The notes beneath the pieces are model-generated. The model was not told where the DNA came from. It saw nothing but the letters and a program-made list of their open reading frames with translations, and did no database searches. A stretch of 64,000 bases of DNA from Candidatus Thorarchaeota archaeon (GTDB lineage: Archaea > Asgardarchaeota > Thorarchaeia > Thorarchaeales > Thorarchaeaceae): positions 43,192 through 107,191 of the forward strand of contig DXJO01000007.1 of the NCBI GenBank assembly GCA_019057475.1, read 5' to 3'. Each line of letters opens with the position of its first letter. Positions within the stretch are counted from its first letter, which is position 1. Both the position numbers and the translations under genes were made by a program. Shown piece after piece: positions 40,701-49,491 of this stretch.

Positions 40701-40925
40701 CTCTATCTCTGAAGGCAGTAGCTCTTTCTCAAACTCAAGCAGCGCTCTTGCTTGAGCCTCGTCTGCCAACGACGTGTTAGGTCCCTTAAAGAGCTCCATG
40801 CACAACATCGAACCGATGATTGGACCAGAAGCATCCGCTGTAATTGGCGTTGATGATGCTAACACAATGGGAGGCGCCAGCAATGAAGCAACTACGAGCG
40901 CAAGGACAGCGTAATGTCTAAACAT
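37752..40925 (-). CDS. Membrane-anchored S8 peptidase
   Basis: IDTG, HGSHVA, GTSMAAPHV; signal peptide; C-terminal TM. Confidence 0.9.
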   Translation of the reverse strand: MFRHYAVLALVVASLLAPPIVLASSTPITADASGPIIGSMLCMELFKGPNTSLADEAQARALLEFEKELLPSEIEIAEGMGVVFDRRGSSIVNVGRIYSAYVPSVDALTALDSLGLVKATSGSKKFIPALSTSVPAVNAPEVWNNIKEDGNSINGSGITVAVIDTGAEWRHPSFWRQNTSELTVIQQGADFYVDLDNDTIADPKEGPIASVVSQDLTAFAYSENYMYIDVDDDGVFQYNLGDLWIGGVDANHDNVISLPTEKVVVFGESKISIFYDQPNNAVYVRGVNLTTQGPSVSDYHGHGSHVASTIAGGQPGFTSLVGVAPGADLIIVKSDLESSDILDGIHFAVMNDADIINMSFSSYLGFLDGTDIEDLAVSEALMINGTLSTLAAGNLRGLSKHAGFEVTAGGSSDVNLSVFNPPQHGFVSLLWHSSDRDEHVILTPPGSGDSIDLGAFSDLAGSALPLNAPNISAYVFADVSTRGLNRLIIQLSTENHEWDSGTWTISVSNPSGESIWVDGYAWDNRWDGLNLRFSSHVDDMRTISSPGTADLGVTVAAYSEASHSISTSSSMGPRIDGVSKPEVAAPGVNIKAASRSITSLWIGKSGTSMAAPHVAGVLALIRQAAQSDTGWLSMTALLEGAGGEEDHKSPSLTDWGYGLCDSLWSVRHVLDLSFETGMTAADWVGLTEVIDDSVDNALNASLDILSVKAYQEADQLGLAVTMRGIPDFASSNTLTLKWDTDSNSSTGQSGVDLMVNVTAGAAHAYGWLGSSFLPSALAADWWSDASTVFLLVERSDSTTRGTIAISTHNQSLSPADVTDPADLMNQWRPLVDGVTITPSDIGYSFNVAISDRDDPTSSLSIQWSVVTGSLSVIDSGLGSGINSLNIQVGLEILEANDLLSVLLVVNDSEESFTMPIVALSAGLGYVLRFASAVLDQNTVRVGLLIQDYVTGTIVLEGYHLVDRVYIGFRSQQGLWLNFTLSGSQGEYVFDISASGFMVGDYDVYAVAKGLDGDVIEHQLGTLSVIEDNSMVLLLLPIVGLVVIVAVIYQIRLRRRGG

Positions 40926-41068
40926 CGATCAACCTCAATGACGGTTGTTCTCTTCGTTTCCCGTGCCGACCTGATATGCTTTTGCCTGACCGTAGATGAC
41001 TGTATGTTTAGTGACATTGCGCACGCTCACCACAAAATCCAATACCATGAACTGTAACAATTCCCCAA

Positions 41069-43105
41069 GTGTGTACTGTGTTGCAGAAGGAGGTTCAACC
41101 TGAGTTCAGACATTTTCTCAATGATGATGCCATACCGTGGGGCAATCTTATCAAAGCAGCCAGCAAACGCACAAAGAAGGATATTGGCCCTTTCGAAGCC
41201 TTCACTGATGCAGCCATTGAGTTGGCATCAAAGGAGAGCATGAAAGAGAAATCAAACCCATCGATTATTCGGATGGGGGTAGAAGCGGGGCTCCTACGAG
41301 GGCGTCTGGCGGAGTGTCTGTTCATATCCGATGGTTCTAATGACCCGGACATCCTAAGCCTCAGAGCGATCTGCCTTTTTGTACTCTCTGATACCAAGGA
41401 AATCATAGAAGCTCTCAAGATAATGGAATCAATAATCGGGGCTGAGTCACCCCCAAGCCACCATGTAAAGCTCAGCACTGTCAAAATACTCTTGGCTGCC
41501 GCAGAAAGAGACACGAGTGTTATCACATGCATCATGGAGTTTGACAACCTGCTTGAAGCCCATCCCGAACAGGTCGAGAATCCCACCATAGAAACCATGT
41601 TCGCTCTCTATGTAGTGGGGTTTTTGCTTAGAGAAGTAGGCCAGCTCGACAGAGCGGCACACATTGTTGATACCTTGGAAGAGATGGCACGATCCAGGAA
41701 TCACAGAATGATACTCGCACTGGTAGAGAATCTTAGAGGCAATATCTGCAGCTTCCGCGGAGAGTTCGATCGGGCAAAGGAGCATTACCTTCGCTTCCAG
41801 AGTGCAAGTGCTAAGCTGTCGTTTAGCCTCGGACATGCGATGGCTCTCAACAATCTTGGTAACTTGATGCTTAGCATGCTGAAACTTGAGGAGGCCTTCG
41901 ATTATCTTGATGGTGCCCTTGACCTGATGCAAGTAGAGTATGGCAAAATAATGCCACTGACGAATCTTGGTGAGCTTTCGATTATTATGGGCAGATATGA
42001 GGAAGCCGAAAAATATCTCACCCAAGCAATCCGCATAGATGAGAAAGTGAAACGAGGGGTATTGGAACCCTACACGTGGTATGCAGTACTCCTGACCAAG
42101 ACCTCCCGATATCCAGAAGCAAGGAAGTACTTGAAGAAAGCGATGGCTATGGCAAAAAGTTCTGAGAAGCCGCTTGAGCAAGGCGCATACCTGTATGCAA
42201 TGGGCGTCTATGACACATCACAACACAAGTTTGAGGCTGCCATCAAGCACTTCGAAAAAGCACTCCGAACAGCAAAAGAGAACAACATCCTCGAACTGCT
42301 TGTCCATGCAAAGCCCCAGCTTGCCAGGATGTATGTAGAATCGCACAGCGTTACACAGGACCCTGAGGACATAATAAGTGCGGCCTATCATATCGGCGAC
42401 CTCATCCAAATCTCGAAGGAACAGGGACTCCAAGATTTGTACGCAGAAGCGCTTCTGCTCCGCAGTGATATAATGAAACTTGCTGGAAAGAAGCTTGAAG
42501 CCAAAGGGGATCTTGAGCGCGCGATGAGCGTTGCATCCTTCACTGGAAACTCTAGACTAGAAGAGAAGGTAGGCGTCAGACTCAAAGAAATCACTGCACC
42601 GGAAGCACAAGCGATGGAGATGGACCGCGAAGGATTCTCCAAAGCAATTGACCGCGTGTCTGCGTTCAAGTCTGCAGGAAGTCCGAAAAAAGTGCCCACT
42701 CCAACAGTGAGTGCCCTGATTGCAATAGATCGTATCTCTGGTTTGCCAGAGTACGTATACTATTTCGACACCAAGGTTCAGGTTGACAGCTCACTCGTCA
42801 GTGGGTTTGTCACAGCGATATCCTCATTCACAAATGAGCTAATGGAAACCCAGGGGCTTCTAAGGTCAATCAACCACGAAGGCTTCGCGCTTATTATGGA
42901 GCATACGGAATCCAGAACAGTCGCATTGGTAGCCAGCGAAGAAACCTTTGATATCCGGTACCTGCTTCGTGAGTTCAGTCAAAAGTTTGACGAAAAGTAT
43001 CCAGCGCCCAAAGTGTCAAGGCGTATTGATTCAAAGGATTATAATAACGCTGATGACTTGGTTATGCAGATCTTCGCTGCTGCTATGGGAACACGGGAAA
43101 CATAG
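41069..43105 (+). CDS. TPR-repeat protein with C-terminal longin-like domain
   Basis: Repeated ALNNLG/LTNLG/A...F.KAL TPR motifs; C-terminal SGLP...LVSGFVTAISSF...F...FDEKY. Confidence 0.75.
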   Translation: MCTVLQKEVQPEFRHFLNDDAIPWGNLIKAASKRTKKDIGPFEAFTDAAIELASKESMKEKSNPSIIRMGVEAGLLRGRLAECLFISDGSNDPDILSLRAICLFVLSDTKEIIEALKIMESIIGAESPPSHHVKLSTVKILLAAAERDTSVITCIMEFDNLLEAHPEQVENPTIETMFALYVVGFLLREVGQLDRAAHIVDTLEEMARSRNHRMILALVENLRGNICSFRGEFDRAKEHYLRFQSASAKLSFSLGHAMALNNLGNLMLSMLKLEEAFDYLDGALDLMQVEYGKIMPLTNLGELSIIMGRYEEAEKYLTQAIRIDEKVKRGVLEPYTWYAVLLTKTSRYPEARKYLKKAMAMAKSSEKPLEQGAYLYAMGVYDTSQHKFEAAIKHFEKALRTAKENNILELLVHAKPQLARMYVESHSVTQDPEDIISAAYHIGDLIQISKEQGLQDLYAEALLLRSDIMKLAGKKLEAKGDLERAMSVASFTGNSRLEEKVGVRLKEITAPEAQAMEMDREGFSKAIDRVSAFKSAGSPKKVPTPTVSALIAIDRISGLPEYVYYFDTKVQVDSSLVSGFVTAISSFTNELMETQGLLRSINHEGFALIMEHTESRTVALVASEETFDIRYLLREFSQKFDEKYPAPKVSRRIDSKDYNNADDLVMQIFAAAMGTRET

Positions 43106-43166
43106 GCGCAGTCAGCTGCGCTTATATTGGTGCCAGATTTCAGGTTGGCGTACAAGGTAAGACTCG

Positions 43167-44831
43167 ATGACATCAGAGCAGGAAATTCTGGAGATACTCC
43201 AGATTGGAGAAACCCAGAACGCGGAATTCAAGCAACGCCTTACGAAGGCTGATCTCAAGCAGGATAGACGCCAGAAGCTGGTCACGCGAATAAGATACAT
43301 GACTTGCGACAGTCCATTCGAGGGCAGATTCCTACTTGGGATAGAGGACGTCAGTGGGAGAGAATGGAAGGTAAGCGGGCTGACTGAGTCCAAGCTAAAG
43401 ACTGCTGAAAGGGTATTGCTAGAAATCTGTGAGGAGGCTGACGTCGAGATAATTGAAGAGGAGCGCATCGAAACCTCTCAGGGTCTAGTGGGAGTCTATC
43501 TCCTGAAACGTACCGCCGCTCCCGAAGTGAAGGAAACGTGTTCTATCAATGTTGCTGGCAGAGTGAACTCAGGAAAATCCACACTCATTGGGGCTCTTGT
43601 TACAGGTCACCCTGATAACGGCAGTGGGCGTGCACGGGCATTCCTCCTGAAACATCCCCAAGAGATAACGCGCGGCCAGACAGCTGATATCCATCTGGCC
43701 TTCATGGGATTCTCCGAGGACGGCGAATGCATACATCTTGAGAACCCTCTAAGCAAGGAGGAATCCGCCAGAGTACTAGATCAATCGGCAAAAATACTGA
43801 CATTCTTTGATGCGCCTGGACACGAGGAATACAGCAAGACTATGATTAGAAGCATTTTGGGTGCTGATGCGCAGTACGGTTTGGTTCTCATACCGGTTCC
43901 AGAAGAATTCAAGCTAATTCGGAGTGAAGAGAACAAGACGGGAATCAGACGACTCGATGATATCACAAGAGAACATATGATCCTCATGGCCAGTCAAGAA
44001 GCTCCTTTGATTATAGTGATGTCCAAGATGGACAAAGCAAAACCGGAAGAAGAGATGCTAGTTACCAAGGTCATACGAAGCACACTGAAGGAAATCGGAA
44101 GGATTCCTGTCAACATCACAGAACCGGGGGATATTCCACCCCTCGTAAAGGAATTAAGCCACGGCACGATTGTACCAGTTCTGCAGTTGGCAGCAACTGA
44201 GCATGAGTCCCTAGAGCTCTTTACCAAGCTCCTGAAGCATCTTCCCTCGAGTTCAAGGAATGGGGACGTGACAAAGCCAGCGTGGGCATATATTGACAAG
44301 GTGTACCGGGGAATCAGAGGCACAAACATTGTTGTCACTGGGACCGTCAACTCAGGCGTCTTCAAGAAAGGACAGTCTGTAATATTGGGCCCCATTGAAA
44401 ATGGAAATTTCGTTAATGGGCGCCTCTTTTCAATTGAGATGTTCAAGAAACGAGTAAGAGCTCTAAGGTCCGGAGACCTGTTTGGTTTTGACATCAAGGA
44501 TGTTGACAAGCACCTAGTTCGTCGAGGACAGGTTGTCGCTGATCCTGATGATACCATAGTGAGTTGTCGAGTCTTTGAAGCTAACATAGTTGTCACTAGA
44601 CACCCGACACGCATCACGGTGGGATATGCGCCGGTCTTTCAGTCCCACACCATTCAACACACTGTAATCCTTCGGGATATTTATGATGCGGACTATCTCT
44701 GTGTTGGAGATTTCGCAAGGGTAAGATTAGAATTCATGTCACATCCTGAGGCAGTCCAAGTCGGGGACAAGATAGTGCTGAGGGAAGCTAACACCAGGGC
44801 CATAGGTACAATCGTGGAAACGATCAGCTAG
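43167..44831 (+). CDS. GTPBP1/GTPBP2-like translational GTPase
   Basis: N-terminal GETQNAEFK; G1 GRVNSGKST, HPQEITRGQT, DAPGH, SKMD; EF-Tu-like domains II/III. Confidence 0.85.
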   Translation: MTSEQEILEILQIGETQNAEFKQRLTKADLKQDRRQKLVTRIRYMTCDSPFEGRFLLGIEDVSGREWKVSGLTESKLKTAERVLLEICEEADVEIIEEERIETSQGLVGVYLLKRTAAPEVKETCSINVAGRVNSGKSTLIGALVTGHPDNGSGRARAFLLKHPQEITRGQTADIHLAFMGFSEDGECIHLENPLSKEESARVLDQSAKILTFFDAPGHEEYSKTMIRSILGADAQYGLVLIPVPEEFKLIRSEENKTGIRRLDDITREHMILMASQEAPLIIVMSKMDKAKPEEEMLVTKVIRSTLKEIGRIPVNITEPGDIPPLVKELSHGTIVPVLQLAATEHESLELFTKLLKHLPSSSRNGDVTKPAWAYIDKVYRGIRGTNIVVTGTVNSGVFKKGQSVILGPIENGNFVNGRLFSIEMFKKRVRALRSGDLFGFDIKDVDKHLVRRGQVVADPDDTIVSCRVFEANIVVTRHPTRITVGYAPVFQSHTIQHTVILRDIYDADYLCVGDFARVRLEFMSHPEAVQVGDKIVLREANTRAIGTIVETIS

Positions 44832-46530
44832 AACGCCCATCGCTCCACATGAGACCCTCATGGTTAATTGGAAACACATCTTCACAGCGGAGGAAACCTC
44901 GGGATGAAACGATACGTATAATCGGGTAGACGCCTAGTCCAGCTGCAACAGCAGCTATGAGGAGCTCCTTCCCCCAGATATGTGGCGCTGAAACAATCGC
45001 ATAACTGCTCTCAGAAACCTCAAAGACAGTAGCCTCGAGCGCATGGACTGAAATCGTGGCCCTGACTGCCTTTGTTGCTCCGACAATGAGATAATCGTGT
45101 CTGAGGCCAAGATGATTGAAGTCAGGAACGAGCACGACACACCCCTTCTTCATCAGAGCCTCTAGTCGTTGGGGTGAGCCAATCAGTGTATTCGAGAGAA
45201 CATCCAATCGACCTTCTGCGAGACGGTCCAGTACCGCATGCTCTCCCGATTTGATCTCCGTGTCCTTCAGCATTAGACTGGCCTCGAAGGTTGCTTCTCT
45301 CTCTGACGGGACACCCAATGTGCGTAGAGCCCATCGCAACACATCCTTTCCATGCATCACTATCCCAGTGGGCTTAGGAAGGAAGTCTTCGATATTCAAC
45401 ATGTAATGGATTGACTCCAAGGGAAAAGCGCTGCTTGGTCTGATGGTAAGGAATTGGTCTTTATTCCCCTCAAGGTACTCAACCTCAAGCCACGTCGAGT
45501 CGTCCTTCTGGGAAGTTTTTGAGGTCTCCACAGTCAGCTGAATTCCAAGTGGAGTGGGATTACAAAGCACTCTTGGTGCCAAGTGAATGGCATCAAGAAT
45601 ATGACGGCGTGCAGCTAGCTTCCGGGGTTTGGCTAGTGTCTTGCAGAATCCATGTATAACGTGATAATGTTCGGTTCCCAAAGCAATCTCCAGATTTCCG
45701 TGAATGGTCTTCAGAGCCTCAATCAGGGGTGCCCCAGCGATTGGCCTGTTCAGTTCCTGAAGGAGCGATAGAACCCAAGAAAAGCCCTGATCGCTGTAGC
45801 TATCGGAGTGCTTCACGAGATGATTGACAAGAGGATGAAACGGCGTGTTTTTCGTGTTCTCTCTCCAGATCTTCAGCCATTGCTTTCTGGTTGCGCCCTT
45901 AAGCAGCGAAAAGGCGAGTGCATTCCCGATTGAACTGGAGAACGCTAGATCTGCATTGTCATTTCTTAAGAGAGTGAGGAATGCAGCACGCATCACTATG
46001 CCTTGAGCCCACTCCTCCTTGAGCGTTTTCTCGGCGAAGAAGATAGATCCGTCATCGGCGACCTGAAGACCAAAGCTTTGCAGCCCGGACCCAACGACCT
46101 CCTTCGTAACGAAGATTGTAGGAAAATCAGGTTCAGTCTGTGCGAGCACGCGGGAAACCCTTCGGATGGCGCGAGAGAGCGCGGACCTGAGCTCTTCGGT
46201 AGCCTCCATGCGTAGCTCTTCTTCTGTGGGTGGTATGGGTTTCTCGAACTTGCTCAGCAGGCGGGAGGTCTTGCGAATTCGAAAATACTGGGTTTCTTCC
46301 AAGTTTTCTGCGCCCAACATGACGCCAGCCTGGTTGAACATGTAGATTCTTACGCGATCAAGACTGACAACAGCGACCAGAAATGCAGTCCCCTTCAGCG
46401 ATTTGAAGTGCTTTCGGATCGTTGATGCTTTTACGCGGAGAATCTCAACAGCTGCGGCTCCTGTGTCATGAAACTGCTTCTCGCCGAAGGAGGCTAATTC
46501 CTTCGGAACTCCTCTGCTACGCTTCTGCAT
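44824..46530 (-). CDS. Hypothetical protein (568 aa)
   Basis: Long ORF, no recognised motif. Confidence 0.7.
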   Translation of the reverse strand: MQKRSRGVPKELASFGEKQFHDTGAAAVEILRVKASTIRKHFKSLKGTAFLVAVVSLDRVRIYMFNQAGVMLGAENLEETQYFRIRKTSRLLSKFEKPIPPTEEELRMEATEELRSALSRAIRRVSRVLAQTEPDFPTIFVTKEVVGSGLQSFGLQVADDGSIFFAEKTLKEEWAQGIVMRAAFLTLLRNDNADLAFSSSIGNALAFSLLKGATRKQWLKIWRENTKNTPFHPLVNHLVKHSDSYSDQGFSWVLSLLQELNRPIAGAPLIEALKTIHGNLEIALGTEHYHVIHGFCKTLAKPRKLAARRHILDAIHLAPRVLCNPTPLGIQLTVETSKTSQKDDSTWLEVEYLEGNKDQFLTIRPSSAFPLESIHYMLNIEDFLPKPTGIVMHGKDVLRWALRTLGVPSEREATFEASLMLKDTEIKSGEHAVLDRLAEGRLDVLSNTLIGSPQRLEALMKKGCVVLVPDFNHLGLRHDYLIVGATKAVRATISVHALEATVFEVSESSYAIVSAPHIWGKELLIAAVAAGLGVYPIIRIVSSRGFLRCEDVFPINHEGLMWSDGRSS

Positions 46531-46649
46531 CTGAGGTCCCTCTCAGGAGGTAGCTTGTTCTCACTCCGCATTAGATAAGGATGACTGCACTAATGCCCTA
46601 TGCGACATGCTTAATTCATTTGAATTCCCAAGAATGGTTAGTGTAAAAG

Positions 46650-46805
46650 ATGCAGATGGATATTTCATTCCTCGCTATATGGTGGGGATTACCAATAGCG
46701 ATACTTCTGGGCAGAGCTGGATTGGCCGCTTACAGGACAAAGAAGAAGAGACAAGAACTCCAGGAATTGGAAAGGAATACAACTCCATTCACAAGAAAGC
46801 TATAG
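46650..46805 (+). CDS. Small single-pass membrane protein, 51 aa: MQMDISFLAIWWGLPIAILLGRAGLAAYRTKKKRQELQELERNTTPFTRKL
   Basis: Hand-translated; hydrophobic helix followed by a positive-inside cluster; fills an intergenic gap. Confidence 0.6.
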   Translation: MQMDISFLAIWWGLPIAILLGRAGLAAYRTKKKRQELQELERNTTPFTRKL

Positions 46806-46810
46806 GATGA

Positions 46811-47287
46811 TCAAGCAGCTTGACTCGCAGATTCATGCTTTTCGTACGTTGGCATCAAGATGTCCCTCGTACTTTTTGTGTTCATGACAACGTCAAGAAC
46901 CTCTTCATCTCTCATAAGGATACATCCCAAGAACTCGTACGTGAATTTGTCCAATCGTATGTTTACGCCCCTACGCGGAACTTGTGTTAGCAGCAAGACA
47001 ATCGAGAAATCTCCACGTGGTAGCTGATTGAGAACACCTCGTTTCATATCTGGTTCTAGTTCTTTCTCGAGCTGACGGGTCATAACGCCGCGTTCGATGA
47101 AGTTGTAACGAATGCGCTCAAAGTCTCCAGTCGAGCTCTTCTTTGGTCTGATGAAGGAGATTGAATACCCAAGACGCTTGAGTGAATTGTAACCTATCAC
47201 GGTCCTGTAAAGCGGAGGGCTCAGTGGTTCGAGCTCCACCTTTCTAAGTTCCACAATTTCATCATTCCGTCGAACTTTCAAGTTCAC
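46811..47287 (-). CDS. Hypothetical protein
   Basis: ORF with GTG start, protein-like composition. Confidence 0.6.
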   Translation of the reverse strand: MNLKVRRNDEIVELRKVELEPLSPPLYRTVIGYNSLKRLGYSISFIRPKKSSTGDFERIRYNFIERGVMTRQLEKELEPDMKRGVLNQLPRGDFSIVLLLTQVPRRGVNIRLDKFTYEFLGCILMRDEEVLDVVMNTKSTRDILMPTYEKHESASQAA

Positions 47288-47359
47288 GTGTTCACGCTCC
47301 CGATATGCACAGGTCCCGATGGATAGGGATTCAAAGTCCGAATAAAGCCTTCTGAGTAA

Positions 47360-47896
47360 TCAATCCGCGAAAGCGCCTTCTTTCTTAAGGATCTTCACCT
47401 TGACGGAGAGTCCGGGACCGTATCCGCCAAGCCCAGTCGACGATACAACCCGATGGCAAGGAACTATCGGGCCAAGTCTGTTGGTCGCCATTACATTGCC
47501 CACGAATCGTGCTGCGCCGGGGACTCCGGCGCGGCTCGCCAGCTCACCGTAAGATGCCGTACTCCCTCGCGGAATCTTGAGTGCAGCTTTCATTACAGAC
47601 TTCTGTTTCGGCGTAAGTCCGGAAAGGTCAAGCTTGATTCCAGCGACCTTTGCACTCTCATTTCCTTCCGCCACGTCGTGCACAGCAGAGAGAACGCTAA
47701 TGTGCTCCTTCAAGGTGCTTAACTCAAGCTCGTCCCCATCAACCGCCTTGATTGCATCCTCAGTGGTGTTTCGAGGAAGGCATGTGGAATAGAGGCCAGC
47801 TTCAGTGAATACTCCCGCTGCGAACTTGCCGTTGCGTTCTAGAATGGCAACAACTCTTTTGGATACATCCCAATTGATTCGGGTTTCAAATTCCAT
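47360..47896 (-). CDS. ogt: Methylated-DNA-[protein]-cysteine S-methyltransferase
   Basis: IPRG...YGELA...ARFVG...VPCHRVV...GGY. Confidence 0.92.
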   Translation of the reverse strand: MEFETRINWDVSKRVVAILERNGKFAAGVFTEAGLYSTCLPRNTTEDAIKAVDGDELELSTLKEHISVLSAVHDVAEGNESAKVAGIKLDLSGLTPKQKSVMKAALKIPRGSTASYGELASRAGVPGAARFVGNVMATNRLGPIVPCHRVVSSTGLGGYGPGLSVKVKILKKEGAFAD

Positions 47897-48028
47897 TTGT
47901 TCCAAACTCCAGTACTTGCAGAGCTCAATTCTCATATCAAGTGTTCACTCAGTTCAACCGAGGGAGATTCCGTTTACACAACGGCACGTTATAATCATGG
48001 TCTATCCGGCGGATTTCTCTGAGTTTCC

Positions 48029-48910
48029 TCATGTATGAGCCGAACACCTGCTAACCACAAAGGCAAGAATTGAACTCAATTCCGGGTCGCTCTTCTTTGC
48101 ACCCATTATGCGCCATCCGCCATCGGGATTCTGTGATGAAACTACTAGGCCCACTGCATTCTTGACTAGTTCCCGTTCTTTCTTAGTCCCTGGTAGACCA
48201 ACTGAGAGCAGATCAACCATGTCACAGGTCAATTCATTCTTTACAGATGCTTTTAGACGTTGCAGAAGTGCGGCACGACCATCCTTGTACACTTTGTTGT
48301 TGGAGTTCACACCAATCGCTTTCAGTGCTGGAAGGATGTTCCCTGTGCCTAACGGATCTGATATGTTCTGACCTTTGAAGTCCGGCCAGTGTCCATCTTC
48401 ATGCTGGGAGTGTAGGAGAAAATCTCGGGCTCGCCTTAGCCGCTCCTCGTCACCATATCCAACAAGACAGAGTGCATCCAATGCCTTTCCAGTGAGCCAT
48501 GTAATGCTCTTACCTACAGGATACCATTCTCTTCCTGTGGTTGTGCCCCACTTGTCCTCAATCATATCGTTGAGATTCAAGGTTTCTGCAAACCCTCCAT
48601 CATTTTTCTGTCTGGCCACCAGAAACCCAATCATCTGCTGAATGATATCCCGGTGCGAGTCTTTGTACTTGTGAATCAAAAGCAGTATCTCAGCAGTTTC
48701 CTTGACTGAGCTGGGATTCCCAGATGCCATGTTGAATGGAACTCCTCCATCAGGATTGAGTATGTTCCCTAACTGATCAAGTGGTTCTTCCTGAAGCTGC
48801 GAGTCCATCTCATATCCAGCTGAAAGCAGTCGTAGCTTGTCAGCGATACTACCATTGTTCGAAATGAATTCCTGAAGATTGTAATGAAGCTCGATTCTTG
48901 ATTTTGTCAA
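48029..48910 (-). CDS. Prenyltransferase/squalene-oxidase-repeat protein
   Basis: QW-like repeats QKNDGGF, QHEDGHW, QNPDGGW. Confidence 0.7.
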   Translation of the reverse strand: MTKSRIELHYNLQEFISNNGSIADKLRLLSAGYEMDSQLQEEPLDQLGNILNPDGGVPFNMASGNPSSVKETAEILLLIHKYKDSHRDIIQQMIGFLVARQKNDGGFAETLNLNDMIEDKWGTTTGREWYPVGKSITWLTGKALDALCLVGYGDEERLRRARDFLLHSQHEDGHWPDFKGQNISDPLGTGNILPALKAIGVNSNNKVYKDGRAALLQRLKASVKNELTCDMVDLLSVGLPGTKKERELVKNAVGLVVSSQNPDGGWRIMGAKKSDPELSSILAFVVSRCSAHT

Positions 48911-49046
48911 CCCTTTTCCTCCTAGTAAGGATAGAATTTAGTGGTGATACAACAATCACCACAGAATAAGGATACAATTCTGACAGTTCATCCCGTCATC
49001 GAGTACATACTGTATTCTTGCTAACTTAAAGCTTGCTCGCGGCAAT

Positions 49047-49307
49047 TCAGTCTTCAGAACTGAAATGCTCCAAGATGGCCTTTCGGCGCTCACGGCGCTC
49101 GTCTTCGGACATCTCGTCCCCTGACTTGGCTTCTTCCTCTACAACGACTATCTTCTCGCGGGGGGAGTGTTTGATGCGATACTCAACCTTGTACGAGGGG
49201 GGCTTTCGGACCACTCGCTCATGGCCGCATTCCCTGCACTTCAGGATTGTCTTTTTTCCCTCTTTCTTCGGCAGCATAAGTGCGCCACATTTCTCACAGA
49301 ACTGCAC
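49047..49307 (-). CDS. RpoM/TFS-like protein with only the N-terminal zinc ribbon
   Basis: FCEKCGALMLP...LKCRECGH; no C-terminal ribbon or ADE motif. Confidence 0.8.
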   Translation of the reverse strand: MQFCEKCGALMLPKKEGKKTILKCRECGHERVVRKPPSYKVEYRIKHSPREKIVVVEEEAKSGDEMSEDERRERRKAILEHFSSED

Positions 49308-49491
49308 GGCTTCTACTCCTACATTTTATAGGTTCTCGTGCTCGCAGCGGTTCGCAATTTAAGTTTGACGTTTTGCTGAAAATGGGAAAAAACCGTGTTG
49401 TTGGGGGCAATGGGTGTCTAAAGAAACACTTATGAAAGAGGTCCGCACGCCCGTGGCCTGCAGCCACCCGTGAGATAGGACAGAACAGGTC

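Noticed and set aside
46607-46810. 67-aa ORF from the track
   Set aside because: The alternative frame 46650-46805 gives a more convincing membrane peptide
49390-49491. Known riboswitch or tRNA upstream of DUF1015
   Set aside because: Only short hairpins; no recognisable consensus or cloverleaf
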